A stretch of 54,709 nucleotides of DNA, taken from assembly GCA_964478555.1 (NCBI GenBank), contig CAYZNC010000002.1:1-54709 (forward strand), in the 5' to 3' direction. This document shows positions 20,687-30,059 of this stretch, piece after piece. Each line of letters begins with the position of its first letter. The stretch's first letter is position 1. A program made the position numbers and the translations under genes. The DNA comes from an uncultured Bacteroidales bacterium (GTDB lineage: Bacteria > Bacteroidota > Bacteroidia > Bacteroidales > JAAUTT01). The notes beneath the pieces are model-generated. The model saw only the letters and a list, made by a program, of their open reading frames with translations, was not told the DNA's origin and made no database searches.

Positions 20687-23600
20687 TTATTTTCGATCGT
20701 TAACCTCAATTTGTTTCATATCCGTATTGGCATTTACTACCGGCACATACATCAGCGAAATTTGTGCGGGGTTTACTAAATATTTTCCGGTAAAGCGAGG
20801 TAGCAATTGAATGACAAATACGTATTTCCCGGGTTTCATATTTTCACAGAATATAACGGTGCGCTCCTTAAAATATTCGCGGTGGGTTTCAACCCTGTTG
20901 CATAATTGATTTTTATCGGCATAGCTGCATGCGCCTGGTATAGGAACTTCAATCATTACATGTTCGAGGTCTGATTCTTTTGTAAGGTCTACTTCTACGT
21001 TTAGCGCCACTAGCTTACCCGCTTCCAATACATCATTATCAAAGTATGTTTTGATTTTAAAACCTTCCACACCTGTTTTTGCTTTTGTAACCCGTTCTTT
21101 AACATACTGCATGTAATATAATGGTAAGCCAGCCTCTTTATGCAGATTCAATTCTTCTGACGGTTGTAATTCGATATGATAAGGGAATTGGGTTATTTTG
21201 CTATTTACTTTACCGCTAGCAATTACCGTTGCAGTGTGTTTTTTTGAAAATCCTTCAGCGAGAAGGTCAGGTAGAACGCTCATCAGAATATTAGAAGACT
21301 GGTAAGTATTCCACCCGCCTTGTTTACGTAATGAGAGAAAATACATTTGCATGGGTACAAGTAAGTCTTTTAACAGTGAATCATTCTTCAATATACGGTA
21401 TGCAATAACATTAGTGACCAAATTATCGTTATACCAATAATTGGAATGTTTATTGTCTGCGAAATATACGTCACCCATCATTCCTTCTTTCTTATATTTC
21501 AACAAAGAATTCCGCTCATATGGCATCTTAGTCATTTGTCTGATTTCAAGTAGCTGCAATTTTTCTTTCAAATAAGAATACCGGTAGCTGTATTTTAAGT
21601 TTCTATCTTCTTCATTTTCCCGTGCCTGAATCATCGAATCCAGTAAATGTATACTTTTATGATAATCAAGTTTTGCGTTCCATCCAGCTAAGGCATATAA
21701 TAAATCGATATCTGACAAAGCATATTCTTTAAGAAAATTAAACTTGTATTCTGCTTTTCGGGCTATATTTTCTATGTTCAGATCAACCTGGTATCCGGCA
21801 TTTTTTGCACACTTTAATGCATTAAGAATATGTGCCGACATCCAATAGGAGGTATTTGAAGAAACATCCCACCATGACCAAAGAAATTCCTTATTTTGAT
21901 TTTTAAGCAACCGCTCAATAATTTTGTTTACATCCCTGTCACCCTTAAAAGGTTTGCCTTCATAGGTCATTAATGTTTTTTGATTTATCAGACCTATCAG
22001 TTTTGAGGCCAGTTGTTCGTTGCATAAATATTTGTAATTTATCAGATAGTATACTTCTTGTCCATAAATATCAATCTGGTTGTCCAGGATTTCCAAGGTT
22101 ACCGTTTCGGAACTTGATGCCTTTACATGCTTATCGTCACCATTTTTTAATATGGACAATGTCCCATCGGCTCTTATTATTCCCTGTTCCACCACGGGAA
22201 CAGTACGCTCCTCACCATCTTTATAGCCATCGTCACGGGTAAATACATAGCGGGTTGTTATGGAATCGATAGTAGAAACATTAACCGGTAGCTTGTCTGT
22301 GTGAAAATTTGTAAATTGAATGTTCTTTTCAAAATCAGTTTGGGCGCCAGTCCATTTTACTTTACCCACGATGTTGCTGTCATTGGTATAATTTAATATT
22401 TTTCCTAAGAAGAATGCCGAATCGCCTCGTGTAAGAAATTGGGGAACATTTAATTCTGTCATGAGGGGTTTATACGATTTAATGCTTTTATGCAAAGTGC
22501 CTGTTTGTGCATATTTGTTCATGGCATATACCACAACATTCCACCGGGTAATATCGTCAGGAAAAGTTATGCTGAATTTTGATTTACCCTTCTTATCGGT
22601 ATACAAGCGGGGTTCCCAAAAGCCTACATCCGAAAAGTGTGAACGAATGCTATTCAGTGTCATGAGTTCCTGGTAGAGTTTTTGTTCCGCTTCGTGGATA
22701 CTTTTTTCATCTGGTATCTTTTCTTTGTCAGGCTTATCTTCAGGAGTTTCTTTACTATCTCTGCCGCTCACAGAGCTCACAGAGCCTGTACAATCTCTTT
22801 TTTTAATTGTTCCATACCCCACAACCACAACTTCTTCAAGTTTCATTATGTCAGGTACCAACGTCACGGATATCTCCGAACCTACCGTAACTTCAATTTC
22901 CTGGGTTAAATATCCAATAAAACTAATCACAAGAGTAGCGCTAGGACCATCAATTCCCAGCGAAAAGCGACCGTCTATATCAGTTATGGCTCCGATTGTG
23001 GTGCCTTTAACAAGGATAGTGGCGCCTATAAGCGGAGCATTAGAGTCATCATATATAGTTCCCTTTATATTCGAGAAGCTTGTATTGGAGTAATAAGCAT
23101 ATGTGCTTGAAGAACTTGTAGGAGGCTGATTTTCAAAAGAGGATTTATAACAATTGTTTGTTTTCCAGGCATGTGTGGCTGTCCAAAGTTGGGAAAGAGA
23201 ATCGGCGGGGTGCAACCTGGAATGATTCAGATCTACCAAAACATTGATATGGGGTTTTAGATTGATGCTGTCCATTTTTAAATAGTTGCCGTTATTATAC
23301 AGCACAATTGCATTGTTGCAACCCATTGGCATGCTATAAAAATCCGAATGATAACTATTGCTGTTGTCGTGGCAGGGGTCGAATATCTTTTTCGTGGTGA
23401 CATCTTCAAATAAAAGTGCGGCAATACCTGAAGCTTCTGTTTCATAAGGAAGGAGAATTTTAAGCCTCGACCAACCATAAACGATGTCAAAAGCTCCTGC
23501 GTGCCATTTGGGAAGTGGATTTTCTTTTGTCTCAAAAAAGTGTTGCTTCGTCATTACTTTGTCATTGATATGATCCATGGGATTCAAAGAAGCATCGTAC

Positions 23601-26221
23601 AAATAATTTGGTAGTAAATTTGAAGCATTCAGTTTATAAACGATATTGTCTTCAAAGGCATAGCTGAACCCTCCGGTATGCTGGTAAGTAGTTTTTAAAT
23701 TAGAATCTTCAATAAAGGTTTTTTTACCAGGTTTTATCGGACCTGCTATTACATCTCTTTTATAACTATAGTTTTGTCTAAGTAATGGGGTGAATTGATC
23801 TGCCGATTCCAAATAAACGTTACCCCAAATGTTTGTAAATGCTGCAACATAATTAAGATGTCTTTTTATTTCCGTTTGGGTAAATTTTTTTCCCAGTTTA
23901 TAGATTTTAACCCCTGTAGGCAAATGATCCAAATCGATGCTGAGAATGGTTTTTTTGCCGGCTTTGAAAGAGATAGAGTCTAAAACAATGACCCTATCGA
24001 AAAGACGTAAAGTGATTTCTTTTTTGCCAACTGGAGAAACATAGAAAGCGTATTCTGAAGGACAGTTGACCCATGAATAATAGACAGGATGACGGTTTAC
24101 CTCTATAACGTATACCTGGTTTGCCATACCATTTTGCATCACGTAAGGAGCAAATTGGGTGCTATCCGGTATATCAACCGTGTATATAAAAGGTTTTGCG
24201 TAAGGATAAGTGAACTGGAAATATTTCATGGTATCCAGGCCCACAGGTTTTTTCCATTTTTGGTATTCCAGGTTTAATGTGGCCGAACGTTTGTTAATAT
24301 CTCTTTTCGTGTAGGATGCTTTTTTAGGACGTGGATCGGAAATGTCGCCGTAATAGGGCAAATCCGGAAGATAGTAGTTGAGTTTACCTGTCACAGCCAA
24401 TGCGGTTAAGTCGACATCGCGCATTGGTTCTCCTAATTGATTGCGAACAAGGATTGTGGTTTCCACTTTTTGTCCCGGATAAACCCGCTCAGGAATTTCC
24501 ATGGATACATTTAAGAAGTCCTCCTGAAAATCATATTCCCTTCGTTGAATGTGTTCTTCTCCGCCAAATGAATAAAGAAGTTCGACATAAAAAGTTTGTG
24601 TTCGATCGGTTATTGGCGATTTATAATCCAATTCCTTACCGAATCCTTTCTTCAGTAGACTACTTCCCTGATAAATATACCAGGATGTTTCGAGTTTTTG
24701 CGGATTTTGTAGCCGGATGTTGAAGCTATCTTTTTGTATGCCACCTATCAGTTCTAATCCTGGATTTAAGTTAGACATGGTAAATTGCTTAAAAACCCAT
24801 TCATTTTCAAGATCAATAGTAGTGGTAGCAGGATTTAATTTCTCTTTATAAGGTAACCGGATTTCCTTTCCCTTCAATTCGCCATTGTGTCGTAATTTTA
24901 TGGGTACATCTTTCATAGGTATGCTATTATTCAGGAGATCAAAGCAAATACTGTCATTTGAAAATCTGCTTGTTAATTCGTATTGAGAATAGTAATGAGT
25001 GGCTGTTACGCTTCCTTCCATTCGCTCATTCTGACTGTTCAGTACGGTAACCACAACCTCGTAAGTGGTATTTGTTTTTTGAAACAAGCTGGAAGGAATT
25101 TCGAAAAGTGTAGGTTTACTAGGGTTGAGGTCTATTTGTGTAAATTGGAGCGTATCCGGAAGTATAACCAGAGGTTGAAAGGTTTCCTGAATTGTTTGTG
25201 TTTTTATCAGAATGCTGGCTCTGGCATCTTTAAGCATCAATCCGTTCACATCTGTCGCGGTGATTGTTAATTCATTTTTTTCAGGATAGAATTGCTTTCC
25301 ATTCGATAGTTGAACTTCCAGTTTATTCCCGAATAATTCATAATCTTCATACTTAAATGAGCAATTGGCTACAATGCGTCCGTTTTTTTCGCGTAATTGT
25401 AAATTGTAACCTTTATCCAACGTAAGTTTCAACGAATCGTGCAGCTGAAATTCGCCGGCATAACTTCCTGGCCGGTGAGGTGTGATCATTCCTATTTTGA
25501 TATTTTTTTGGTAATCAGTAAGCCAGATTTCCAGGTCTTTACGTAAGGGTGATTTAAGTGCCGATAGGGCATAAGATTTAAAACGAATGCGATCATTTGG
25601 TTTGTACTTATTTTTATCCGTGATCATATAACTGTAAAAGGGAGGGACATTGTCATTTTTGTAATCACCGTACCACGTTGGGATCTCATGCTTCTGAATG
25701 TTAAAAACAGACCTAAAACCATTCATTTCAACGGTTGCTATTTGGTTTTGACTATTGATCCAGTCATTTTCCAACCGGTATGTTTTGCTCTCACCATCTA
25801 TTCTCAACCTTTTCCACTTGAGTTTTACTTTTGCGTCTTCTCTAACGTTGCCGTTCAAATCCAAAACCTGAATAGCCAGGGCATCGTATTCTTTTAACAA
25901 AAACACCTGGTACGGAAATACGCACGTGTATTCGCAATGCAATTTATTTCCCGCAATACTGACTAAAATAAAATGGCCTTTTGACGGACGTTTCGTCCAG
26001 CCATTTTGCACATCAAAAGTGTCTACCAAAGTATGGAGTAGCTTTTTTACGATGGTATCGGGTGTTGAAACAGTAAGCAGTTTTTGTGCTTCTTTATTGC
26101 TGATTTCAAATACAAATCCCTTTCTGGGAGCATTATTCCATTTTATTTCCTGGGCAAATGAAAATAAAGTTGTAAGAAAAAACAGATGGATTGTCAGTAA
26201 GGAGCAGAGTGTCGTCTTCAT
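20687..26221 (-). CDS. Alpha-2-macroglobulin family protein with intact thioester motif and an internal CarboxypepD_reg/SusC-N-terminal-like module
   Basis: 1844-aa ORF with signal peptide. A2M block FWEPRLYTDKKGKSKFSITFPDDITRWNVVVYAM...ILNY (FWEP at 22609-22620). Thioester-type CNEQ at 22014-22025. Internal IKGTIYDD...ILVKGTT...SFIGYLTQEIEV...VVVVGYGTIKKRDCTGSVSSV at about 22764-23068. Confidence 0.85.
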   Translation of the reverse strand: MKTTLCSLLTIHLFFLTTLFSFAQEIKWNNAPRKGFVFEISNKEAQKLLTVSTPDTIVKKLLHTLVDTFDVQNGWTKRPSKGHFILVSIAGNKLHCEYTCVFPYQVFLLKEYDALAIQVLDLNGNVREDAKVKLKWKRLRIDGESKTYRLENDWINSQNQIATVEMNGFRSVFNIQKHEIPTWYGDYKNDNVPPFYSYMITDKNKYKPNDRIRFKSYALSALKSPLRKDLEIWLTDYQKNIKIGMITPHRPGSYAGEFQLHDSLKLTLDKGYNLQLREKNGRIVANCSFKYEDYELFGNKLEVQLSNGKQFYPEKNELTITATDVNGLMLKDARASILIKTQTIQETFQPLVILPDTLQFTQIDLNPSKPTLFEIPSSLFQKTNTTYEVVVTVLNSQNERMEGSVTATHYYSQYELTSRFSNDSICFDLLNNSIPMKDVPIKLRHNGELKGKEIRLPYKEKLNPATTTIDLENEWVFKQFTMSNLNPGLELIGGIQKDSFNIRLQNPQKLETSWYIYQGSSLLKKGFGKELDYKSPITDRTQTFYVELLYSFGGEEHIQRREYDFQEDFLNVSMEIPERVYPGQKVETTILVRNQLGEPMRDVDLTALAVTGKLNYYLPDLPYYGDISDPRPKKASYTKRDINKRSATLNLEYQKWKKPVGLDTMKYFQFTYPYAKPFIYTVDIPDSTQFAPYVMQNGMANQVYVIEVNRHPVYYSWVNCPSEYAFYVSPVGKKEITLRLFDRVIVLDSISFKAGKKTILSIDLDHLPTGVKIYKLGKKFTQTEIKRHLNYVAAFTNIWGNVYLESADQFTPLLRQNYSYKRDVIAGPIKPGKKTFIEDSNLKTTYQHTGGFSYAFEDNIVYKLNASNLLPNYLYDASLNPMDHINDKVMTKQHFFETKENPLPKWHAGAFDIVYGWSRLKILLPYETEASGIAALLFEDVTTKKIFDPCHDNSNSYHSDFYSMPMGCNNAIVLYNNGNYLKMDSINLKPHINVLVDLNHSRLHPADSLSQLWTATHAWKTNNCYKSSFENQPPTSSSSTYAYYSNTSFSNIKGTIYDDSNAPLIGATILVKGTTIGAITDIDGRFSLGIDGPSATLVISFIGYLTQEIEVTVGSEISVTLVPDIMKLEEVVVVGYGTIKKRDCTGSVSSVSGRDSKETPEDKPDKEKIPDEKSIHEAEQKLYQELMTLNSIRSHFSDVGFWEPRLYTDKKGKSKFSITFPDDITRWNVVVYAMNKYAQTGTLHKSIKSYKPLMTELNVPQFLTRGDSAFFLGKILNYTNDSNIVGKVKWTGAQTDFEKNIQFTNFHTDKLPVNVSTIDSITTRYVFTRDDGYKDGEERTVPVVEQGIIRADGTLSILKNGDDKHVKASSSETVTLEILDNQIDIYGQEVYYLINYKYLCNEQLASKLIGLINQKTLMTYEGKPFKGDRDVNKIIERLLKNQNKEFLWSWWDVSSNTSYWMSAHILNALKCAKNAGYQVDLNIENIARKAEYKFNFLKEYALSDIDLLYALAGWNAKLDYHKSIHLLDSMIQARENEEDRNLKYSYRYSYLKEKLQLLEIRQMTKMPYERNSLLKYKKEGMMGDVYFADNKHSNYWYNDNLVTNVIAYRILKNDSLLKDLLVPMQMYFLSLRKQGGWNTYQSSNILMSVLPDLLAEGFSKKHTATVIASGKVNSKITQFPYHIELQPSEELNLHKEAGLPLYYMQYVKERVTKAKTGVEGFKIKTYFDNDVLEAGKLVALNVEVDLTKESDLEHVMIEVPIPGACSYADKNQLCNRVETHREYFKERTVIFCENMKPGKYVFVIQLLPRFTGKYLVNPAQISLMYVPVVNANTDMKQIEVNDRK

Positions 26222-26349
26222 GGCATTTGATTTAGTACAAATATGGTTTTATTAATCCCATTTTTACCATAGATGGCCACGAAATGAATACCCCCTAAAA
26301 TTTGAAGAGATTTTTTTTGCAGAATAAATTAAAGCAAATCAAAGGGCGT

Positions 26350-26709
26350 TTATTTATAATCAGTAATTAAGGAATCATAAGGTATCTTAAGCTTATCATG
26401 TAAATTTCTAATCATTTTTAAAGTCAATTTTCTTTTGCGATTAAAAATTTCGGAAACTCTACTTTTGTAGCCAATTACTTCAGCTAAGTCATGGTTATCC
26501 ATGTTCATTTGTTCCATCCGAAACTTAATTGCTTCTATAGGATCAGGAGTTTCAATTGGATAATGTTCATCTTCATATTTTTCAATCAATATTCCTAGTA
26601 ATTCTGCTTCGTCCCCTTCAGATGAATCTTCCTGTGCATCAAATATAACGTCAAGTCTCTTCAGTGCTTTGTTATATTCTTCTTCTGTTTTTATAACTTT
26701 TACTGTCAT
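26350..26709 (-). CDS. higA: HigA-type antitoxin (C-terminal XRE-family HTH)
   Basis: 119-aa ORF 5 nt downstream of higB. Acidic N-terminal half. HTH region HDLAEVIGYKSRVSEIFNRKRKLTLKMIRNL. Confidence 0.8.
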   Translation of the reverse strand: MTVKVIKTEEEYNKALKRLDVIFDAQEDSSEGDEAELLGILIEKYEDEHYPIETPDPIEAIKFRMEQMNMDNHDLAEVIGYKSRVSEIFNRKRKLTLKMIRNLHDKLKIPYDSLITDYK

Positions 26710-26714
26710 AATTT

Positions 26715-27008
26715 TTATATTTTATCTGCGTCAATTGCGTCATATTCAATATGAGTCCCAATAAATCTAATAAATACCCATGCTCTTGCATAATTTATTT
26801 TGACAATCAATCGATATTTGTTACCACATATATTAAAAACTACCCTACTACTTTTTAAAATGCTAGCTTTGGGATACTCGGATTTTATATCGTTGGGAGA
26901 AGTCCAGACTGCTTTTGATGCTTCTTTATACCAAGTCTTCAATTGTTCTCTTGAATCAGTCTGTTTTTCCCAAAATTCTCTAAGTACCTTTTTAGCGATT
27001 ACTCTCAT
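26715..27008 (-). CDS. higB: HigB-type toxin (RelE/ParE superfamily mRNA interferase)
   Basis: 97-aa ORF. MRVIAKKVLREFWEK...VFNICGNKYRLIVKINY...VFIRFIGTHIEYD matches the HigB_toxin pattern. Toxin-first gene order is typical of higBA. Confidence 0.8.
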   Translation of the reverse strand: MRVIAKKVLREFWEKQTDSREQLKTWYKEASKAVWTSPNDIKSEYPKASILKSSRVVFNICGNKYRLIVKINYARAWVFIRFIGTHIEYDAIDADKI

Positions 27009-27033
27009 TGATTAGTCACATAATTATGACAAA

Positions 27034-27061
27034 GGTAATAAAAAAGTTACCATTTTGGTAA
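27034..27061. promoter_or_regulatory. Inverted-repeat set upstream of higB (candidate HigA operator)
   Basis: GGTAA (27034-27038), TTACC (27047-27051) and GGTAA (27057-27061). TTACCATTTTGGTAA is a perfect 5-5-5 inverted repeat 39-53 bp upstream of the higB ATG. Confidence 0.4.
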
Positions 27062-27141
27062 TTCAAAGCTTTTTTATAGCAACACTATGTCAAGTTGCTT
27101 AAAATTAATATATTACTTAAAATATAGCAAAGATAAGCTGC

Positions 27142-29922
27142 CTATTCCACAATTTTCACCACTTTCACCACTTCACTTGTCCCGTTTGCATAATGAATGA
27201 TGAGCAAATACACACCGGAAGGCAGGTTACCCGTATCAATGTGGTTGATCATATTGCCAGTGTTATGAATTAAAATCTGGCCCTGTAAATTACAAAGTTC
27301 AATTTTTTGGATGCTTTCCCCACTTTCGATAAGTAGTTCCGATGTAAACGGATTGGGATATATGGTTGCCTGGCTGATTGCTTCAGTTTGGTTAATTCGT
27401 GATGGAATGGACGCAAAGCCGGTCAGTTTTTTATTTGCATAAAGCTTAAAATCGCCAGGTTTTAAAAAAGTAGCATAACCAGTTGATCCTGATACAACAA
27501 TGCTATCACCAGTGTAAAAATCATACCAACTACCCGCTACAGGAAAATTGATGGTGTATGCTTTGTCTATTACATCGAAATTGCCCACAATTACAACATG
27601 GGTTGAGGTGTCGTTCAGGTCAATTTCTTTCACGGACCCGGAAGCACTGATGGTGAAGTTTTTAGTAGAGAATACCGGTTCGTCTTCTTTTAATTTTATA
27701 AGGGCTTTATTTACATTATAGAGGTGTCTTCGTCGGGCATCGCTGTAATAATCCCAATGAATAGGTTTTATGCCTGTGCGCCCGCCTGAGTCAATGGTTA
27801 CATCGTAGCCAAGCTCGCCAAATTGCGATATCATCTTTGGGCCTGGTATGGTAAGAAAGAAAGTATTTGCCATTTCCATCCGCTTGAGAGCAGTTGCTAA
27901 ATCCTTTACGTTGTAGGTCGCCCAAGAGTTTCCGAAAGTCAGGTTCTTGTACATGAGTCGTTCTTCATCATGACTTTCCATATAACCCATTACATTAGGA
28001 TTGTTCCATCCGCGGTTTTCATAGGATATCCAGGAGAAATCCCATCCACTGTTGTATCCCATAGTTGCCTGGTTGTAGGCATAGTTCAGATTTCCCCAGA
28101 GCATGGCTCCGAAGTTTGCCAACACCGTTTCTTCGCTGTTATCCGCAAAATGCTCAAAAATTACATAAGCATTGGATTTTCGTTTCCAAACCTGTGTAGC
28201 CATTCGCTCCAGGTTAAAGATGCGAGCCGAATCATACGTACTTGCAAAATCACTTGGCCCATAAGGTGTATTTGAAAATCCCTTTGTAAAATCGTACCTG
28301 AAACCATCAATTTTATACTCGCTCATCCAGAAGGAAGCTACGCTATCCACCAGCTTGCGGGTATAGGGGCTGTCGTGATTGAAGTCATACCCAAACTGAA
28401 GACTGGGATTTTGAATATTGGAAACCTGGTTGAACCATGGATTTTGAGCCGTTGGTTTACCATTGGCGAAGTACATGCGCACAAATGGACATTGACCGTA
28501 CGCATGGTTTAACACCATATCCTGGATAACTGCTATTCCATTACGATGACATTCGTCGACAAATTTTTTATAATCGTTTTTGGTTCCATATGCTTTGTCA
28601 GGTGCAAAGTAAAAAGAAGGATTATAGCCCCAACTGTTATTACCTTCAAATTCGTTAAAGGGCATAAGCTCTATGGCATTAATACCAAGCCTTTTTAAAT
28701 AGGTAAGTGTGTCAGTTACTGTTTTAATATCACGGTTGGCGGTAAAGTCGCGGATAAGGAGTTCATAAACTACCAGTTTTTCCTTTGGCTGCGGAGTAAA
28801 CCCGGAAACCTGCCATTGGAAAGGACTTTGTCCCGGTTGTATGACGCCTGCAATTTCAGAGGTTTTCCCCTCCGGATAAGGGATGAGGTTTGGATAAATC
28901 TGAGATGAAATGAATTGGTCATTGGCAGGATCAGAAATTTTTTCGCAATAGGGATCTGCAATTCGGAGCGTATCGTCGATCATGTATTGGAAAACATATT
29001 CTTTTCCGGGTGTTAATCCATTTATTTTAAGCCAGTACCGGTCGTTGTCCTTTTTCATCATAAAAGAATTGTCGGGTAACCAATTATTAAAATCGCCCAG
29101 GAGAAAGATGTGATTTTTGTAAGGGGCAAATAAAACAAATGTGGCCGACTGATTATCCGTATAGGTAATCCCATTCTTCAGTCCTGTTGGAACAGGATCA
29201 TTTACAACACTTCCGGGGGCCAGGTAATAAACTGAATCGGAGGCCGTATTGGTTCCCTTATAGGCAATTGCTGAAAGCTTATGTTTAAGTGTATCGCCTG
29301 CTAATACGGAACTAGTAAGCGTTTGTCCATTGGCGCTGGCAATTCTTAAGTTGTCGAGAAAAAGACTGATGGAGTCATTGTTTGATGCGTTGACGATAAT
29401 ATTCAGTGTTTGATTTTTTCCAATTATATTGAAAAAATTCGGAGGACTAACGAAATTAAGATTGAGCCCTGCTTCATATACATTAACCAGGATATCATTT
29501 CCACCTACATCGCGACCGGAAGGTTCTCCTCCAGGTGGGCATGGACAATGAAATACAAATGCCATTTTTAATATTTTTTCTCCCGCAGGTACTCCGTAGA
29601 ATGCCTTGATACTAGGCGTTATGGCAAGGGAGTAGTGATTGGCATCAATCCTGGTCATTTTGCAGGATGCAGGATTATCCGTCCATGATTGCTCTTTTAC
29701 GTATTTCCAATCGCTATTTGAAGAGCTTTTATCAGTGATGACTCCGGTATATGCATAGACGTCACCGGTATAGTTTATCAATCCTTTGTTTCCTAGTGTT
29801 GCATCAAAAAAAACAGTTACGGGTTGATCTTGTGCGGGTAACAGGGGAGTGGTGGTGATCAGTTGGGCAGATGAGAAACCTGTTATGAACGAAAAAATGA
29901 TGAAGAAGAAAATACGGATCAT
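27142..29922 (-). CDS. GH13 alpha-amylase-family enzyme with N-terminal carbohydrate-binding/E-set domains and a T9SS C-terminal sorting domain
   Basis: 926-aa ORF with signal peptide. GH13 regions VIQDMVLNH, DGFRYDFTKG, VIFEHF, YMESHDE. CBM48-like FVLFAPYKNHIFLLGDFNNW. C-terminus IYPNPFTSELLIE...GVYLLIIHYANGTSEVVKVVKIVE is typical of T9SS cargo. Confidence 0.85.
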   Translation of the reverse strand: MIRIFFFIIFSFITGFSSAQLITTTPLLPAQDQPVTVFFDATLGNKGLINYTGDVYAYTGVITDKSSSNSDWKYVKEQSWTDNPASCKMTRIDANHYSLAITPSIKAFYGVPAGEKILKMAFVFHCPCPPGGEPSGRDVGGNDILVNVYEAGLNLNFVSPPNFFNIIGKNQTLNIIVNASNNDSISLFLDNLRIASANGQTLTSSVLAGDTLKHKLSAIAYKGTNTASDSVYYLAPGSVVNDPVPTGLKNGITYTDNQSATFVLFAPYKNHIFLLGDFNNWLPDNSFMMKKDNDRYWLKINGLTPGKEYVFQYMIDDTLRIADPYCEKISDPANDQFISSQIYPNLIPYPEGKTSEIAGVIQPGQSPFQWQVSGFTPQPKEKLVVYELLIRDFTANRDIKTVTDTLTYLKRLGINAIELMPFNEFEGNNSWGYNPSFYFAPDKAYGTKNDYKKFVDECHRNGIAVIQDMVLNHAYGQCPFVRMYFANGKPTAQNPWFNQVSNIQNPSLQFGYDFNHDSPYTRKLVDSVASFWMSEYKIDGFRYDFTKGFSNTPYGPSDFASTYDSARIFNLERMATQVWKRKSNAYVIFEHFADNSEETVLANFGAMLWGNLNYAYNQATMGYNSGWDFSWISYENRGWNNPNVMGYMESHDEERLMYKNLTFGNSWATYNVKDLATALKRMEMANTFFLTIPGPKMISQFGELGYDVTIDSGGRTGIKPIHWDYYSDARRRHLYNVNKALIKLKEDEPVFSTKNFTISASGSVKEIDLNDTSTHVVIVGNFDVIDKAYTINFPVAGSWYDFYTGDSIVVSGSTGYATFLKPGDFKLYANKKLTGFASIPSRINQTEAISQATIYPNPFTSELLIESGESIQKIELCNLQGQILIHNTGNMINHIDTGNLPSGVYLLIIHYANGTSEVVKVVKIVE

Positions 29923-29997
29923 AATAATTACAATTTAGTTGAGGTGTAAAATTTTAATGTCCAAGGTTAAAAAGCCTTTAATGTCTGGGGTTGTAGA

Positions 29998-30028
29998 AAC
30001 CTGCCAGGTTGCAAAAACCTGACAGGTT
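29998..30028. repeat. Twin 13-bp palindromes AACCTGNCAGGTT
   Basis: AACCTGCCAGGTT (29998-30010) and AACCTGACAGGTT (30016-30028) separated by GCAAA, in the gap between the two T9SS amylase genes. Confidence 0.85.
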
Positions 30029-30059
30029 AGAAACAATAAACAATAAAACCCCAAAACCA

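Noticed and set aside
20595-20810. 71-aa plus-strand ORF overlapping the 3' end of the A2M gene
   Set aside because: It overlaps the well-supported A2M C-terminus on the opposite strand. It has a TTG start and no motif.
22725-23093. 122-aa plus-strand ORF inside the A2M gene
   Set aside because: It is antisense to the CarboxypepD_reg/GYG segment of the A2M (VPYPTTTT is the complement of VVVVGYGT). It is an artefact of that region's codon composition.
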